Origin: Eledone cirrhosa
Lineage: Eukaryota
Length of the DNA stretch: 64,000 nt
Direction: 5' to 3'
Assembly (NCBI GenBank): GCA_964016885.1
Contig: OZ024740.1
Coordinates: 35,154,001-35,218,000 of the forward strand
In this document: one piece after another, positions 12,106 to 25,960 of the stretch
Position numbering within the stretch: position 1 is the first letter of the stretch
Layout: each line of letters opens with the position of its first letter
The notes under the pieces: model-generated
What the model was told of the DNA's origin: nothing
The model's database searches: none
What the model saw: the letters and a program-made list of their open reading frames with translations, nothing else
Position numbers and translations under genes: made by a program

Positions 12106-12234
12106 ATACAGAGAGATGGAGGGCGAGAGAGATGGAGGCGATGACAGTGAGAGTTCAGCTCTTCCGTGTTCAGACACATTGCGACTGTCAAGAGTGTATT
12201 TTCACCACCTTGAATCTCTACTGTTGCTTGTGGT

Positions 12235-12470
12235 GGTTATAATGTTAAGTTCGGCCATGTGCCAGCCAAAAGCCGCCTTAAATCCAGGAAAAGTTTCTTA
12301 AAGAGCGACACACCCCTTGGAACATCAAGCATAAATAGTGAAAGAGTCACTCGCTGGGAAGAAAAACTTAACAACCTCCCATCTGTAACAGCAATGGAAC
12401 TAAAGGCTAGTGAGGCACTGCCCCCGTGGGGTAGATACAAACTATGCAGTGTGGAGATGCCTAAACAGAC
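12235..12470 (+). mobile_element. Ingi/Vingi-like LINE fragment
   Basis: GHVPAKSRLKSRKSFLK...LPP resembles the post-RT RLKSR motif of Vingi-type LINEs (recalled, not searched). Confidence 0.4.
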
Positions 12471-12767
12471 TAAGAACTAGTGTTGGATATGCATAAGTCA
12501 CTCTTATAAAAGTATTAGACTTTGGTATCCTCCCAACAGTTTCTGAGTTAATAAGGGTTCCATGTTTGAAAAGGTTTGGGAAACCTTGGTCTACTGTATA
12601 TAACAGAACAGACAGACTTCTTTTTCTAATTCTTACAGTTTACAACTCTGGCGTTTTAAAAACTAGTTAATATTTGTGCGTATGAGTGTGTGTATGTGTG
12701 TGTGTATGTGTGTGTGTATGTGCGTGTGTGTGTATATGTGTATGGTTTTGTGTGTATATGTGTCAAG

Positions 12768-12955
12768 ACACCATGCTTTGCAGCATAGAGTTATGTCCCA
12801 TTACGTTTTGAGTTCAAATCCCGCCGAGGTTAGCTTTGCCTTTCATCCTTACGGAGTCAATAAAGTAAAGTACTAGTAATGCACTGGGGTCAATTTAATC
12901 GAATTTCCCCTCCCCCAAATTGCTGGCCTTGTGCCTAAAGAAGAAACAATTATTA
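12768..12955 (+). mobile_element. SINE family A (5'-truncated)
   Basis: gagttcaaatcccgccgaggttagctttgcctttcatcc...gaaacaatta. Confidence 0.75.
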
Positions 12956-13224
12956 ACCCAGTCGTCTTAAGACTGCCACCTACCCTAATATGTCACCCAC
13001 CACGTGACCTGGACGAGGATGATGATGGAGATGGAGACGGACTGGAACAGCCACTCCACCTTCTTGGGGCTCGCACGTGCGTGCAGCCAACACCACTCCG
13101 ATAGCAGTGAGCAGGGATGTGCTCCTGCGGCCAAGAATGTCGAAAGTCTCCACTGCCACAGTCTTAACCACAGACCTATCAGCGAGCTGTCCATCTAGTT
13201 ATAAACTTAAAGTTCTTCTTGTGA

Positions 13225-13770
13225 CGCTAAACTCTGCCAGTTGCAGACTGCACATTAACATATGATATCTCTCTCCACAAAGTTCGATCACCAGTATCAG
13301 AGTTCAAAGAGCAAAGATCAAGTCCAGTCCATAAGTTGACATTGTCAAACCATCGTTTTGGCTGCCGGCCTCTGCTTCTCTTACCAGCCAACCTTCCTTC
13401 CAGGCATAACTTACTAACACCACGAGTTGATCATTTTATATGGCCGTATAGTTTGAGTACTCTTAAATTGACAATTGATGTAATTAGTCTAAGTTTGGTA
13501 ATGTTGAGCAGCTCACTGATACAGATACGGTCGCTGAGCCGCTTGCCAGTCATAAGTCTCATGATGTGGTTCTGGAATGTAGAGAGCTTCTGAAGTCGTC
13601 CAATTAACACAGTCAAGACCATATAACACAACTGGTAGGATGTAAATATCAAAGATCTTAGTCTTCAAATGATAGGAAACTTGTTTTGATGTTAGTACTT
13701 CCTTGTTCTTGTTGAAAGCTGCCCAATCTAGAGCGATTCGATATTGCACAACAGCCATTCCATTGTTGTT
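13225..13770 (-). mobile_element. RTE-clade LINE, 3' fragment of the RT ORF (decayed)
   Basis: Across frameshifts: KTKIFDIYILPVVLYGLDCVNW, RLMTGKRLSDRI, LKLYGHIK and GKRSRGRQPKRWFDNV. Confidence 0.8.
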
Positions 13771-14047
13771 TGATGATAGTTTGTGACTTAACACTATTTA
13801 GTTATCTAAATGAAACAAAGAAAGAAAGAGAAAGAAGAGAATATAAAAAAAAAGAGAATTAAACAACGAAGGAAAGGGATAGAGAGAAAGAGAGGGAGGG
13901 ACAGTTATTTAGTTATAAACTAGAAGTGTAAAACTGAGATAATTGTCAACAGTAAAACGATCAATAAGACATTCATGGAAAGTAACTTTTGCACACATTT
14001 TAAAGAGTTATTACCCTTTAAAATTAAACCTTGTATGGTTTTAAAAG

Positions 14048-14460
14048 TATTCTCATGTCTCGAATAATCGCCCCACCCTCGCTTATTTAATTTCTCAGAT
14101 TTTTTTCCACCACCGCGCTTATTCCACCACATCGCTTCTTAAATTTTGCTTATCTATCTCCAGTGAAATTTCATTTGAGTGGTAGTATTCCTGCGACAAT
14201 TAATTTTCTTTAGACATTAAAAAACCCCATTATACATGACAAAAAAGAACATTACAAGAAATCCCACATGTCGGGCTGGGATCTCAATATGTAAACTAAA
14301 CCACTAATTCTGGTTTAAAAAAAAATCAACGGAGACAACCTAAAAAAATTACTGATTTTCCACCCTCCCCGCTTGCCCTCCTTTTATTCCAAATCCTGCG
14401 CTTATTCCCCCCCCCCCCACACACTTACACCACCTTCCTATTATTTGGAACCCAAGAGTA
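14048..14460. mobile_element. Possible TA-flanked MITE
   Basis: Degenerate TIRs tattctcatgtctcgaataat / attatttggaacccaagagta. Confidence 0.3.
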
Positions 14461-14634
14461 TCTTTTATTTACAGTGAAAATAAAAATTATAATTAGAAAT
14501 ACAGTATTAAATTTTGACAGTTGTTTTTTTTTATTTTAATTCTTTTTTCTAAACAATAACTAACTTTATTTTTTTTTAAATTAATCAGTATATATATATG
14601 CGTGTATCTGACTGATAAAATGACAAGTCAGTCA

Positions 14635-14860
14635 ATCATATTGGTGGCCTCCCCACAGCCCCGGCGGACAGAATGGAGAAGTTGTTTCCCCGGAAGACGG
14701 CAAGGGAGACGCGCTGGAAAAGCCATTCCAACTCGCGCGGCTCACACCTGCGGCTGGCCTGCTCAGCGCCTATGGTGGTGTGTAGGGAGGTAGCCCTAGG
14801 GCCGAGGACACCACTGCCAAGGGTACAACCGCAAACCTGTCGGAGTAAGGTGTCGGATTA
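14635..14860 (-). mobile_element. CRE-like LINE 3' fragment
   Basis: Diverged reverse complement of about 38970-39185. Confidence 0.75.
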
Positions 14861-14889
14861 AAAATACCTCCCTATTTGTTCCGGCGCTC

Positions 14890-15103
14890 TGGGATAAATC
14901 TTGACAAAGTTAACATTGCCTTTCGTCCTTTCTAGGGACTTAGCAGTTAGGGAGTTTGATTCACAATCAATTCGCCGACTTTAGCTTTACCTTTCATCCT
15001 TACGGGGTCGACAAAATAAAGTACCAGTCACACACTGGAGTCGATTTAATCGACCTTCCCCTCCCCAAATTTGCTGACTATGCCTAAATCAGAAACAATT
15101 ATT
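14890..15103 (+). mobile_element. SINE family A, composite partial copies
   Basis: ctttcatccttacggggtcgacaaaataaagtaccag...agaaacaatt. Confidence 0.65.
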
Positions 15104-15734
15104 TTAATTATCACGGGGAATAACTCTGGTCTCCTCGAAAGCATAACCTTCCATGAAATACTCATGTCAATACTGTACATTAGTATACTGTAAAAATACC
15201 CATAAAATAAAACAACACACACACAAACAGACACATACAGACACAGACTCACAAACACACACACACTCAAACAGACATATACAGACACAGACTCACAGAC
15301 ACACACACAAACAGACACATACAGACACAGACTCACAGACACACACACACAAACAGACACATACAGACACAGACTCATAGACACATACACACACAAACAG
15401 ACACATACAGACGCAGACTAACAGACACACACACACACACAAACAGACACAGACTCACATACACACACACACATACAAATATCACCCAGAGACGCCCAAA
15501 AAGCAACAGTTAATTTAGTGTTGATATATTTAATGTAATGATTATCAACACTACACCTGATATTCCCCCTGACACACATGCACGAATGTATCTGTGTGTA
15601 TATCATACACTGTTATATACTCACATATTGTTCACTTTCCTGACATTTTGTACATTATTCTAAGTACTATACATGCACCTTTGATGAGTAGTAGTGCACC
15701 TGAGCACTGTATACAATAGTTTTCATTATTATAC

Positions 15735-15922
15735 GGGGTCGGATTGACAGTATCGGTAGAGAGTCGGATGCCATGCTTTCCAGCATAGTTACGTCCCTTT
15801 ATGGTCTGAGTTCAAATCCCGCCGAGGTTCACTTTGCCTTTCATCCTTACGGGGTCGATAAAATAAAGTACCAGTAATGCACTGGGTTATTGCTGGCCTT
15901 GTGCAAAAGTAGAAACAAATAT
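15735..15922 (+). mobile_element. SINE family A
   Basis: ggattgacagtatcggtagagagtcgg...gagttcaaatcccgccgagg...agtagaaacaaatatta. Confidence 0.8.
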
Positions 15923-16019
15923 TATAAACTAATCAGAAATAATTACGTAATTGCATTTTTTCACGCCTAAGTGTGTACAATATTGTGTTTAATGATTAAC
16001 TCATAATCAATGTATATTT

Positions 16020-16290
16020 AGTGATTCTCTCATCTCCCGTAAAATCTATGAATACCTAATGTGTCCCTTATGTACCGAGAAATCTATATATATTCAGTGA
16101 TTCTCTCAACTCCTGAAATCCATGTGTACCCAGGGATTCTTTAAAGTACCGTGAAATCTATGTATATCTAGTGATTCCTCCAAGAACCATGAAATCTATG
16201 CATTACCAGGGATTCTTACAACTCCCATGAAATTTATGTTTAAAATCTATTCAATAAATCTCTCAAGTATCGTGAAATCTATGAACTTTC
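16020..16290. repeat. Degenerate tandem repeat of about 40 bp
   Basis: Recurring gattc...GAAATCTATG blocks at roughly 38-40 bp spacing. Confidence 0.55.
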
Positions 16291-16370
16291 TTTGTTGAGT
16301 AACATAATCAATATATATTTGATATGTATAGATGTATAGATTTAATCTAATTATAGAATACATACATACA

Positions 16371-16525
16371 TGGACACACTGGAAGAGGAAGACCGAGATT
16401 ATTGATGCTCTAAGGACAGACACTGGTCTGTTGAAGACGCAGGACATGGCAGCGATAATGAGGGACAGAGACCTCGTACAGAGAGAACTCGTACATGGAT
16501 CTCGGGAACTTTATTCCCCCTCGAC
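16371..16525 (+). mobile_element. RTE-like LINE 3' fragment
   Basis: GHTGRGRPR and IDALRTDTGL...MAAIMRDRD resemble an RTE C-terminus. Confidence 0.5.
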
Positions 16526-16530
16526 ATACA

Positions 16531-16594
<64 letters not shown>

Positions 16595-17206
16595 CTCCTA
16601 GACCTAATGATTAATTGATTAATTTAATTTGACAATTCCATTGATTGGTTAATTATTTATGTTTGTTTAATAACGATCTGGTTGCGTGCTTAATTGAGTT
16701 TGTGTATGGAACTTTTTCCATTGCTCATAATTTGATTTTGACCGCCACAAACTGGGTTTAGCTCCCTTTGGAGTAACATGTGCCATCACAACCGGATTTG
16801 TGTCAGAACGAAAACCTGTTGAGAAAGTAAATCCACTGTTCGATCTTCCAGAAACTTAACTTGTATATACTACAAGCGGATTTTGTTGATTTCGGATTTA
16901 ATTCTACAGGACTCGAATTGGTTCATTCTTTAGAAATCATCAGGAATCTGGCTTCCCAAAAATAAATATTGTGGTAACAAAGCCAAAAACAATCTATGAG
17001 AATAGGTCATCGCAGTATTTAATTTTGCATATTACAATATAGTTTGGGAGGGTCATGCTGATAATAAACACACGCACCTGTAGGTGTTTGTTGTCTAAAT
17101 CAGACACTAGAGAGCCGGGTCAAAATTGCAAATCTATAAAAACATCGGAAGTCACTATCATGAGAGTATGGGTGGCCCTTAAAATGACCGTTGTTTTGAA
17201 GCAGTA

Positions 17207-17281
<75 letters not shown>

Positions 17282-17286
<5 letters not shown>

Positions 17287-17535
17287 GTGGTTACACAACA
17301 GTTAGTTCACCATACCGAGAACAATTGTTTCACCTTAGCGGATCCTCAGCTCGTAATGGACAAGGTTATACGGTATATGATATAACCATGTCCATTACGA
17401 GCTGAGAATCCGCTAAGGTGAAACAATTGTTCTCGGTATGGTGAACTAACTGTTGTGTAACCACTTCTACCTAACTCGTCCCATGGACTGAGTGCTCTAC
17501 CACTACGGATATTACCTTCCAGTGTTCTACCACTA
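17282..17535 (+). mobile_element. Fold-back Penelope-type pLTR fragment in a (TA)n tract, with a hammerhead in each arm
   Basis: 89-bp inverted arms 17282-17370/17381-17469 and microsatellite on both sides. Confidence 0.75.
17316..17353 (-). ncRNA. Minimal type-I hammerhead ribozyme motif
   Basis: Minus strand: CGAG-CUGAGGA-uCCgcuaaGGu-GAAA-C-AAUU-G-UU-CUCG, with a palindromic tetraloop on a 1-bp stem III. The plus-strand twin at 17398-17435 has CUGAGAA (G8 lost). Confidence 0.8.
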
Positions 17536-17573
17536 TATATATATACACACACACACACATATATATATATATA

Positions 17574-17604
<31 letters not shown>

Positions 17605-17696
17605 TATATATATATATAATATATATATACACACACACACATATATATATATATATAATATATATATACACACACACACACATATATATATATATA

Positions 17697-17796
<100 letters not shown>

Positions 17797-17884
17797 TAGT
17801 ATGTACACGTACATACATATATGTATACAGACGTACAGTAGTATGCATATATATATACATACATGCACACATATATATATGTAC

Positions 17885-18095
17885 GTATGGATTCACCGGA
17901 CATTTATTATAATGCTCGGTGTGTTTGTAAACAAACATCCCGTATTAAGCCGTAGTGTCCAGCAACCATCGTTGCTCGTTTGTTCAACGCTGACAAAGGA
18001 ACGCTGTACTAGTTTCAAGCTTATTAGCTATCGTCACCAGCGTATACCTTCCTGCCAGATTCGAGCATTATAATAAATGTTCGGTGAATCCATAC
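17885..18095. mobile_element. MITE-like element with 34-bp TIRs
   Basis: GTATGGATTCACCGGACATTTATTATAATGCTCG (17885-17918) is inverted at 18062-18095 with one mismatch. Confidence 0.7.
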
Positions 18096-18501
18096 ATACA
18101 TATATATATGTGTGTGCATGTATGTATATATATATACATACTACTGTACGTCTGTATACATATATGTATGTACGTGTACATACTCATATTTAAGTAACAG
18201 CCGTACTAAGTTTGGAAATGAAATTTTGTTTCATTGTTTCCGTTTATATATATATATATATATATATTATTATGTAATAAACAACATAAGGCAATTATTC
18301 CATTTACCAGTGGTTTCTTAAAAGCAAAAGATTTTGCTTTCAATCCTCAGAATGAAAAAATCCTGCTCTGTTTATTGAATTTGGATTTTAAAAACAAAAA
18401 TCCAATCTATATGAAAGTGAGGCTGGAGAAGGAAGAAGGAAAGGAAAAATAAAATAAAACTACACATGCAAACACACACACAAAAACACAAAAGCATACA
18501 T

Positions 18502-18567
<66 letters not shown>

Positions 18568-18569
<2 letters not shown>

Positions 18570-18967
18570 TGGCTGCCAACTCGTTTTCGAGTACGGCCAC
18601 TACTTTATATCCATGTAGGAGAACTCCTACCGATGCGCTGAACGAGTGTGACTTTTTAGTCCAGCCAGCGACTTGAAAACTCTGGTACTAACACTACACT
18701 TGTGACAATTATTGACACATAGTGCTGGGCCCATGTGACGACAAGTGCAGAGAGATCTCCAGACATAAAGCAATGCCTGTGCCGTGAAGCTTTTATAGTG
18801 AGCAAAGGCACTGCATAAAGCCAGTCCCACTCTCTTAACCAAGATGATATTTACCAAAAAGAAGAACAAGTCAACATCATTGGATACCATCAGGGTTGCA
18901 GGTGTTATATCAGAGTTTTCCTTCTCCTAGAATTCTGCCTTGACAAAGGCTAAGGGGTCATCTCTCC

Positions 18968-18970
<3 letters not shown>
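18568..18970 (-). mobile_element. RTE-like LINE 3' terminus with a decayed C2H2 finger
   Basis: HKCSVSTRVFKSLAGLKSHTRSAH-stop, followed by a gtactcgaaaacgagt hairpin and gcagccacca next to (TA)n. Confidence 0.6.
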
Positions 18971-19011
<41 letters not shown>

Positions 19012-19167
19012 CACACATATATACATACATATATATACACATACACATACATACACATATACACATACATACACTTATACATACACACATACACACACAC
19101 ATATATATACACATATATATATATACACACACACATATATATATATACACATATACATATATATATA

Positions 19168-20230
19168 TAGACAAAGTTAGCTATTAATGAAATAAACTAA
19201 TTAAAGTGAATACAATTTGTCTGTCTCGATATAAGTCAATAAAGACAAGCTTATATTGGCAAAGGCCGTGATTCCTGGACAAATCTAAATTTCAAAATCC
19301 AAACCCGCTCCGTAGATGAATTTGAACTCCGAAACCTATTTTTCAATTCTTGTACCATCGTTGCGAAACATATTTAGGTTTCGGAGTTCAAATTCATCTA
19401 CGGAGCGGGTTTGGATTTTGAAATTTAGATTTGTCCAGGAATCACGGCCTTTGCCAATATAAGCTTGTCTTTATTGACTTATATCGAGACAGACAAATTG
19501 TATTCACTTTAATTAGTTTATTTAATTAATAGCTAACTTTGTCTGTTACAATGCAAACACGTTTTGTGTTTATCATATATATTAATGTATTTAACTGCTC
19601 GGAAATGCCCCTTTCTTGGAGCTGATTTATTGTAAACGACTGAGAGTTTAATCTCAAATTATAATATAGTATATTGCTCCTTAACTGTAGAGCTGATCTT
19701 TAATCCCGCATAAACGGCTGTTATATCTAGCACCGGGAATGCGGGACGGCTAGTTTGGCCTGGCTAGACACACGTGTAGTCAGACCTGCAAAATTTTTGA
19801 TGGTGAAATGTACTAATTTTACTGGGTTCCTGTTGATAAGCACAGAAGATTTGGATATTTCTCTTTTTATTTCAATTCCATTTCGATTCTCTTTATTTTT
19901 CAATTCTTGTACCATCGTTGCGAAACATATTTAGGTTTCGGAGTTCAAATTCATCTACGGAGCGGGTTTGGATTTTGAAATTTAGATTTGTCCAGGAATC
20001 ACGGCCTTTGCCAATATAAGCTTGTCTTTATTGACTTATATCGAGACAGACAAATTGTATTCACTTTAATTAGTTTATTTAATTAATAGCTAACTTTGTC
20101 TGTTACAATGCAAACACGTTTTGTGTTTATCATATATATTAATGTATTTAACTGCTCGGAAATGCCCCTTTCTTGGAGCTGATATATTGTAAACGACTGA
20201 GAGTTTAATCTCAAATTATAATATAGTATA
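19168..20230 (+). mobile_element. ORF-less partial-tandem element with an inverted 5' segment (Penelope-like architecture)
   Basis: About 19338-19674 is repeated 557 bp downstream. 19168-19338 is the reverse complement of about 19373-19544. Flanked by TA/CA microsatellites. Confidence 0.7.
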
Positions 20231-20642
20231 TATATATATATACATGTGTGTACAAGCATACACATACACAAACATAGCCATACACACACACATATACATA
20301 CATACATTCACACAATCATACATATATACACACGTACATACATACACATACATAAATGCACTCCTCTACATATTCACACACGCAAATAAATATAAGAAAA
20401 AAATATATATATATATTTTTAAAATGTTTGACACCGATACAGAAGGCAGCTAACTGGACAGACACGCGTGGTAAGTAATACACACAAATGCACGTATACA
20501 TACGTACGAAATAGTAAATACATACACACACTCTCCCACATAAATATACATATACAAATACATAAACACATACATACACATACATGCACAAAGACGCACA
20601 CGTATACAATATATACACACACATATGTATATGTAATTATAT

Positions 20643-20674
<32 letters not shown>

Positions 20675-20795
20675 ATAAATATAAACATACACACACACAC
20701 ATATAAGTATACATACACACACATATACATACATAGCTGTACAATTATACACATACAAATACGTACATATCATAAACACGCACAACCAAATACAA

Positions 20796-20828
<33 letters not shown>

Positions 20829-20845
20829 CATATATATATATACAC

Positions 20846-20878
<33 letters not shown>

Positions 20879-21114
20879 CATATACATACACATACACACA
20901 CACATACATGTGTGTGTGTGTAAAACTCAGTCTTAGATAATTCATATGAACCTTACATATACATATATATAGTAGTAAAGTAATAAAGCAACATAAGGCA
21001 ATTATTCCATTCACCAGTGGTTTCTTAAAAGCAAAAAATGTTTTCCTTCAATCTTCAGAATGAAAAAAAAAAAAAAAAAACCTGGTCTATCCATATATAC
21101 ATACATATACACAC

Positions 21115-21153
<39 letters not shown>

Positions 21154-21158
21154 CATAT

Positions 21159-21237
<79 letters not shown>

Positions 21238-21277
21238 CATAGTAAACAAATGGAAACTATATTTATAAAACCATATT

Positions 21278-21343
21278 TATTTCATTATACATATTTCGGG
21301 GATACCATATTAAAAATATGGCATGCCTTCTTCAGATAAAATA
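21278..21343 (-). ncRNA. Hammerhead motif in the inverted partial pLTR
   Basis: Reverse complement of 21677-21742. Confidence 0.78.
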
Positions 21344-21676
21344 CAATATATAAACAGTTTTATAAATAATTTTGACGTACCATAAATATTGATCAACTTT
21401 TATGTAAGAAGTTGGTTTTATGATGAATTATTATTATTCATCTGTTGCCTCAGCTGCCTCTCTTTTTTCACCTCCTCACTATTTCTCTCTCCCCTATCTC
21501 TCTCTATTTCTCTCTGTTTTTCTTTACATACATCTCTTCTTTTTCTCCGTCTTTCTTTTTAACTGTGCTTAACACTAAATATTTATAAACATTTCACTAC
21601 CAAACCAACTTCTTACATAAAAGTTGATCAATATTTATGGTACGTCAACATTATTTATAAAACTGTTTATATATTG

Positions 21677-21742
21677 TATTTTATCTGAAGAAGGCATGCC
21701 ATATTTTTAATATGGTATCCCCGAAATATGTATAATGAAATA
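21677..21742 (+). ncRNA. Type-I hammerhead ribozyme motif in the 5' pLTR
   Basis: UAUUUUAU-CUGAAGA-[long stem II AUGCCAUAUU/AAUAUGGUAU]-GAAA-U-AUGU-A-UA-AUGAAAUA, with an 8-bp stem I. Confidence 0.8.
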
Positions 21743-21923
21743 AATATGGTTTTATAAATATAGTTTCCTTTTGTTTAATATCGTATATCTACTCCAAAAC
21801 TTGTTGAGTGCTTTATATCAGTTATAAAATATTTACTTGTTGTAACCCAACAATTTTAAATAAAACTTTTGCATATATTTTTGCTCCAATACTGTTGAGC
21901 GCTTTATATTATAACTGAAAAAA

Positions 21924-24133
21924 ATGGAATTCTTTAAGATATCTTCTTCTCTAAAAGACATACCTCTACCTAAGAACAAAGACTTTATTAAACAATTAAT
22001 AGAAAAATCAGACTCTTTTATAAGAAGAATCAGGTGGCGTGCCTTCCACTTTGATAAATCTAATCTAAATGAAAATGTTTCAGACTTAGATAAAGTTTTC
22101 AAATCTAAAAAAAATCCACCCCCCAACAAACTTTTAATGGATTTTGAAAACGATATAATTTCTATCATACAAGGAGTCAAGTTCAAGAGAAACTTCAAAG
22201 GCCAGGACTATCTAAGAAGCATTAAGGATAATATTGAAGGCTTGGAGAGAACAGAGAAGATCTTGGTGAAATCGGACAAAAGCAACAACCTTTATGGAGT
22301 GCATAAAGACATATATAATGGCCTTATACTGAAAGAACTAAGGAAAAAGTACAAGGTAGCAGATAAGGACGAACTGGAAAAAATGAATGTTGAGGCATCT
22401 TGTATAATGCATGAGTTGGACATTGAGAACAAAACACAACCCTTCTTGCCTAGGAAACCCAAGATCAATATGAAAGATCACAAAAGAAATTTTGAAAATG
22501 ATTTGCCAGACAGATTGATTGCACCATCAAAATCTGACCTGGGTAAACTTAGCAAAAACATTCTAGACAGGGTGATACAGCAAATTAAAAACTTACATAA
22601 TTTACCTAACTTAAACTTATGGAAGGAGACTGGTGAGGTTATTGAGTGGTTTAAAGAAATTAAATATAACAATAATAATAAATTTATTCAACTAGATATT
22701 GCTAACTACTATTCATCTATTACCCCTAATCTACTGAATAAGGCACTAAATTACGCATTCAAACATACAGACCTAACTAGCAATGAAATGCACATTATAT
22801 TATCGGCAAGGAAAACATTGATAGAATTTAATAACCAACTATGGACTAGGGCAGATAGAGATAATAATTTCGACATTACTATGGGATCACCTTGTGGGCC
22901 TATTTATAATTAATTCGCTGCATAGAAAAATACCTGGTGTAACCGGAGGATTATATCGTGATGACATGCTTTTACTTATTGAAAATAATAACTCTGAACT
23001 AAATAGAAAAAGAAAACAAATTATACAATTTTTTAATTACCTTAATCTAAAAAATAGAAATAGAGAATAATCATAGAATAGTCAATTTCCTAGATGTAAC
23101 ACTAAATCTCAACACATGTCTTCACTATCCATTTCACAAACTAAATTAAAACTTGAATTATGTCAATTTTAACTCTAATCACCCCAGATCTGTTAAAAAT
23201 ACTATAGTGAACTCTGTTCAAGAACGTATCTCAAGAATTTCATCTAATAAAAATATTTTCGACGAAAAAGCGCAGTATTACAATGAAGCGTTAGCTAGAG
23301 CAGGATATAGTGATAAAATTAAGTACATCGATAATAATAGGCAAACTAACCAAAATAATAACAATTTTAATTACGGTAACAACTTTAACAACTATAATAG
23401 AAAACATTACAATAATTCCAAAAGCCAGAAAAGAAATAGAACTAGAAATATAATATGGTTTGCCCCCCCCCCCCCCACTTTCTCACTAAATATTAAAACC
23501 CACATTGCTAAACTATTTTTTAATGCTCTTGACAAACGCTTCCCTAGAACACATAAATATCACTCAATTTTTAATAGACACACTATAAAATTAACTTACT
23601 CGTCCACCAAAAATTTAGCAGAAAATATTAACAGAATAAATAATAGGAATCTAAAACCTAGCCAAAATACCGATAATAGCCAAAACAATATTCAATTAAA
23701 CAACTGTAACTGTAGAAATAAATCTAAATGTCCGTTAAATAACAATTGCTTAGTTAAAAATATAATATACAATTGTAATGTTAAAACTAACTTAAATTAT
23801 TTTAACTATGTTGGTTCCACCTCGACAGAATTTAAACTTCGCTACAATAATCATAAGAATTCTTTCACAGATCCAAACAAGAAATCTTCAACTTCACTAT
23901 CAGGCTTACTCTGGCAACTTAAACATGATAACGTTGGGTATTCGATGTTTTGGAATATTGTCTCAAGAGGGATTCCTTTTAATTCCTCATCTGAGACATG
24001 TGACCTCTGTGTGGAGGAGATATTCTTTATATTAAAATCTAAAAATTCCCTTAATTTAAGGAGCAATTTATTCAGTTGCTGCAGACATAGATTGAACTCA
24101 ACGTTTAAATATAAATATAAATTTAAAATGTAG
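21924..24133 (+). pseudogene. Penelope-like RT + C-terminal GIY-YIG endonuclease (frameshifted)
   Basis: KSDKS, DIANYYSSI and ITMGS in 21924-22913, then a frameshift to GGLYRDD (YRDD 22954-22965) and NFLDVTL. SNHP, the CNCR..CPL..C linker, IIY..YVG..FKLRYNNH and CDLCVEE...CRHR lie in 23153-24133. Confidence 0.92.
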
Positions 24134-24696
24134 TATAATTAGTTAAGATATTTAATTAATGTATGAAACCTGACGATAAATCTTTCGATTCCTTCAACAT
24201 TTTCTTTTAAACCTTCTTCATAAATATATACTAATGATGTAATTAAACTACCCTAAAATGTAGATGCTCCCAATCTATTGAATAAATTTTACGCTAGATA
24301 AACTTCTATACTAAATATAAGAGCATCTGTAGAACAACAGGGTCTCCTAAATCTTTTAAATGATTTCTGCTAAATAAGTTTTGTTGAATAATTTTTGGTT
24401 TTTTGTTTGCTTTTTGATTCTGATTGCTTCTAATGAACTTGGCAATATATTGTCAGATAAATTGGAAGGGTAGATTTCTGTGGTTGATATGGGGTGCATA
24501 CTGTGTTTTTTACGGCCCTAGATACTCTAGGGAGTGATGAAAATATTTTTAACGTTTTGATATCTCTGTGCTGATATATTAATATCTGGTTGTCTCTGTA
24601 CAAAAGCCATATGTATTAATATGAATATGGAATGATTACAGAGTATATTTTATTTTATCTGCTTACTTTATCTGTCCATGTACACATATATGTGTG

Positions 24697-24734
<38 letters not shown>

Positions 24735-25767
24735 GGTATAGCTCTGGATATGTTACAGATATGCATAATATTCTATACATGAACGATAATCATGTATGTG
24801 AGGGCAGGAGTATTAATATATATTTTTTATGTATATATATATATAGTAAAATCTTTTATAACACAAGGGAAACATTTTTTTTCTGTGAAACAAGAAATTA
24901 CAGAGTTGATCACGTATGATCATGGGTATGTATATAGTATCAACTAGAACTTGAGATGACCTACCTTCTCTTTTTCTCTTTCTTTCCTTTTCCGGAAAGT
25001 ACATATATACTTATTTATTTCCGTATTTTTTGAAGTTTTATCTCAGTTTTTGGTACATCGACCTCAGAATTTTAAACTAAACATATGGTCATTATTTTTC
25101 ACACATTATATATCTATGTGTCATTCATGAATATTGATATTTACATTATAATACCCAATTCATATGAATTGATAATTCAAATTGATAGGACATAACGTAA
25201 AGATGTAAATCTATCATCCCTCTCTCTAGATATAGTTCTTTCTTCTCCTCCCTCTTTATATGTGATGAAGTCTAAGTATCGGTTATTTTAACTTTACCTC
25301 TCCAGTTTCTCTCTTGTTTTCTCTCTTACTTCTCTCCTATTTCTCTCACCTCCCCATATATAATAATTATTATTATTTGGTCTACCTCTTTTTCCCCCCA
25401 CCTCTATCTTTCTCTCTCTGTTTTCTCTTCATTTTTTATTTCTCTCCGTCTCCTTAACACTATAACTAAATAAGTGCAGTACTCCCTCCCTCCTAAATCT
25501 CTCAATTTGTATGATGAATTATTATTATTCATCTGTTGCCTCAGCTGCCTCTCTTTTTTCACCTCCTCACTGTTTCTCTCTCCCCTATCTCTCTCTATTT
25601 CTCTCTGTTTTTCTTTACATACATCTCTTCTTTTTCTCCGTCTTTCTTTTTAACTGTGCTTAACACTAAATATTTATAAACATTTCACTACCAAACCAAC
25701 TTCTTACATAAAAGTTGATCAATATTTATGGTACGTCAAAATTATTTATAAAACTGTTTATATATTG

Positions 25768-25833
25768 TATTTTATCTGAAGAAGGCATGCCATATTTTTA
25801 ATATGATATCCCCGAAATATGTATAATGAAATA
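25768..25833 (+). ncRNA. Hammerhead motif in the 3' pLTR
   Basis: Copy of 21677-21742 with one stem II substitution. Confidence 0.78.
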
Positions 25834-25960
25834 AATATGGTTTTATAAATATAGTTTCCATTTGTTTAATATCGTATATCTACTCCAAAACTTGTTGAGT
25901 GCTTTATATCAGTTATAAAATATTTACTTGTTGTAACCCAACAATTTTAAATAAAACTTT

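Noticed and set aside
24168-24195. CTGACGA after the element 1 stop codon
   Set aside because: No downstream GAAA or stem II, so not a hammerhead.
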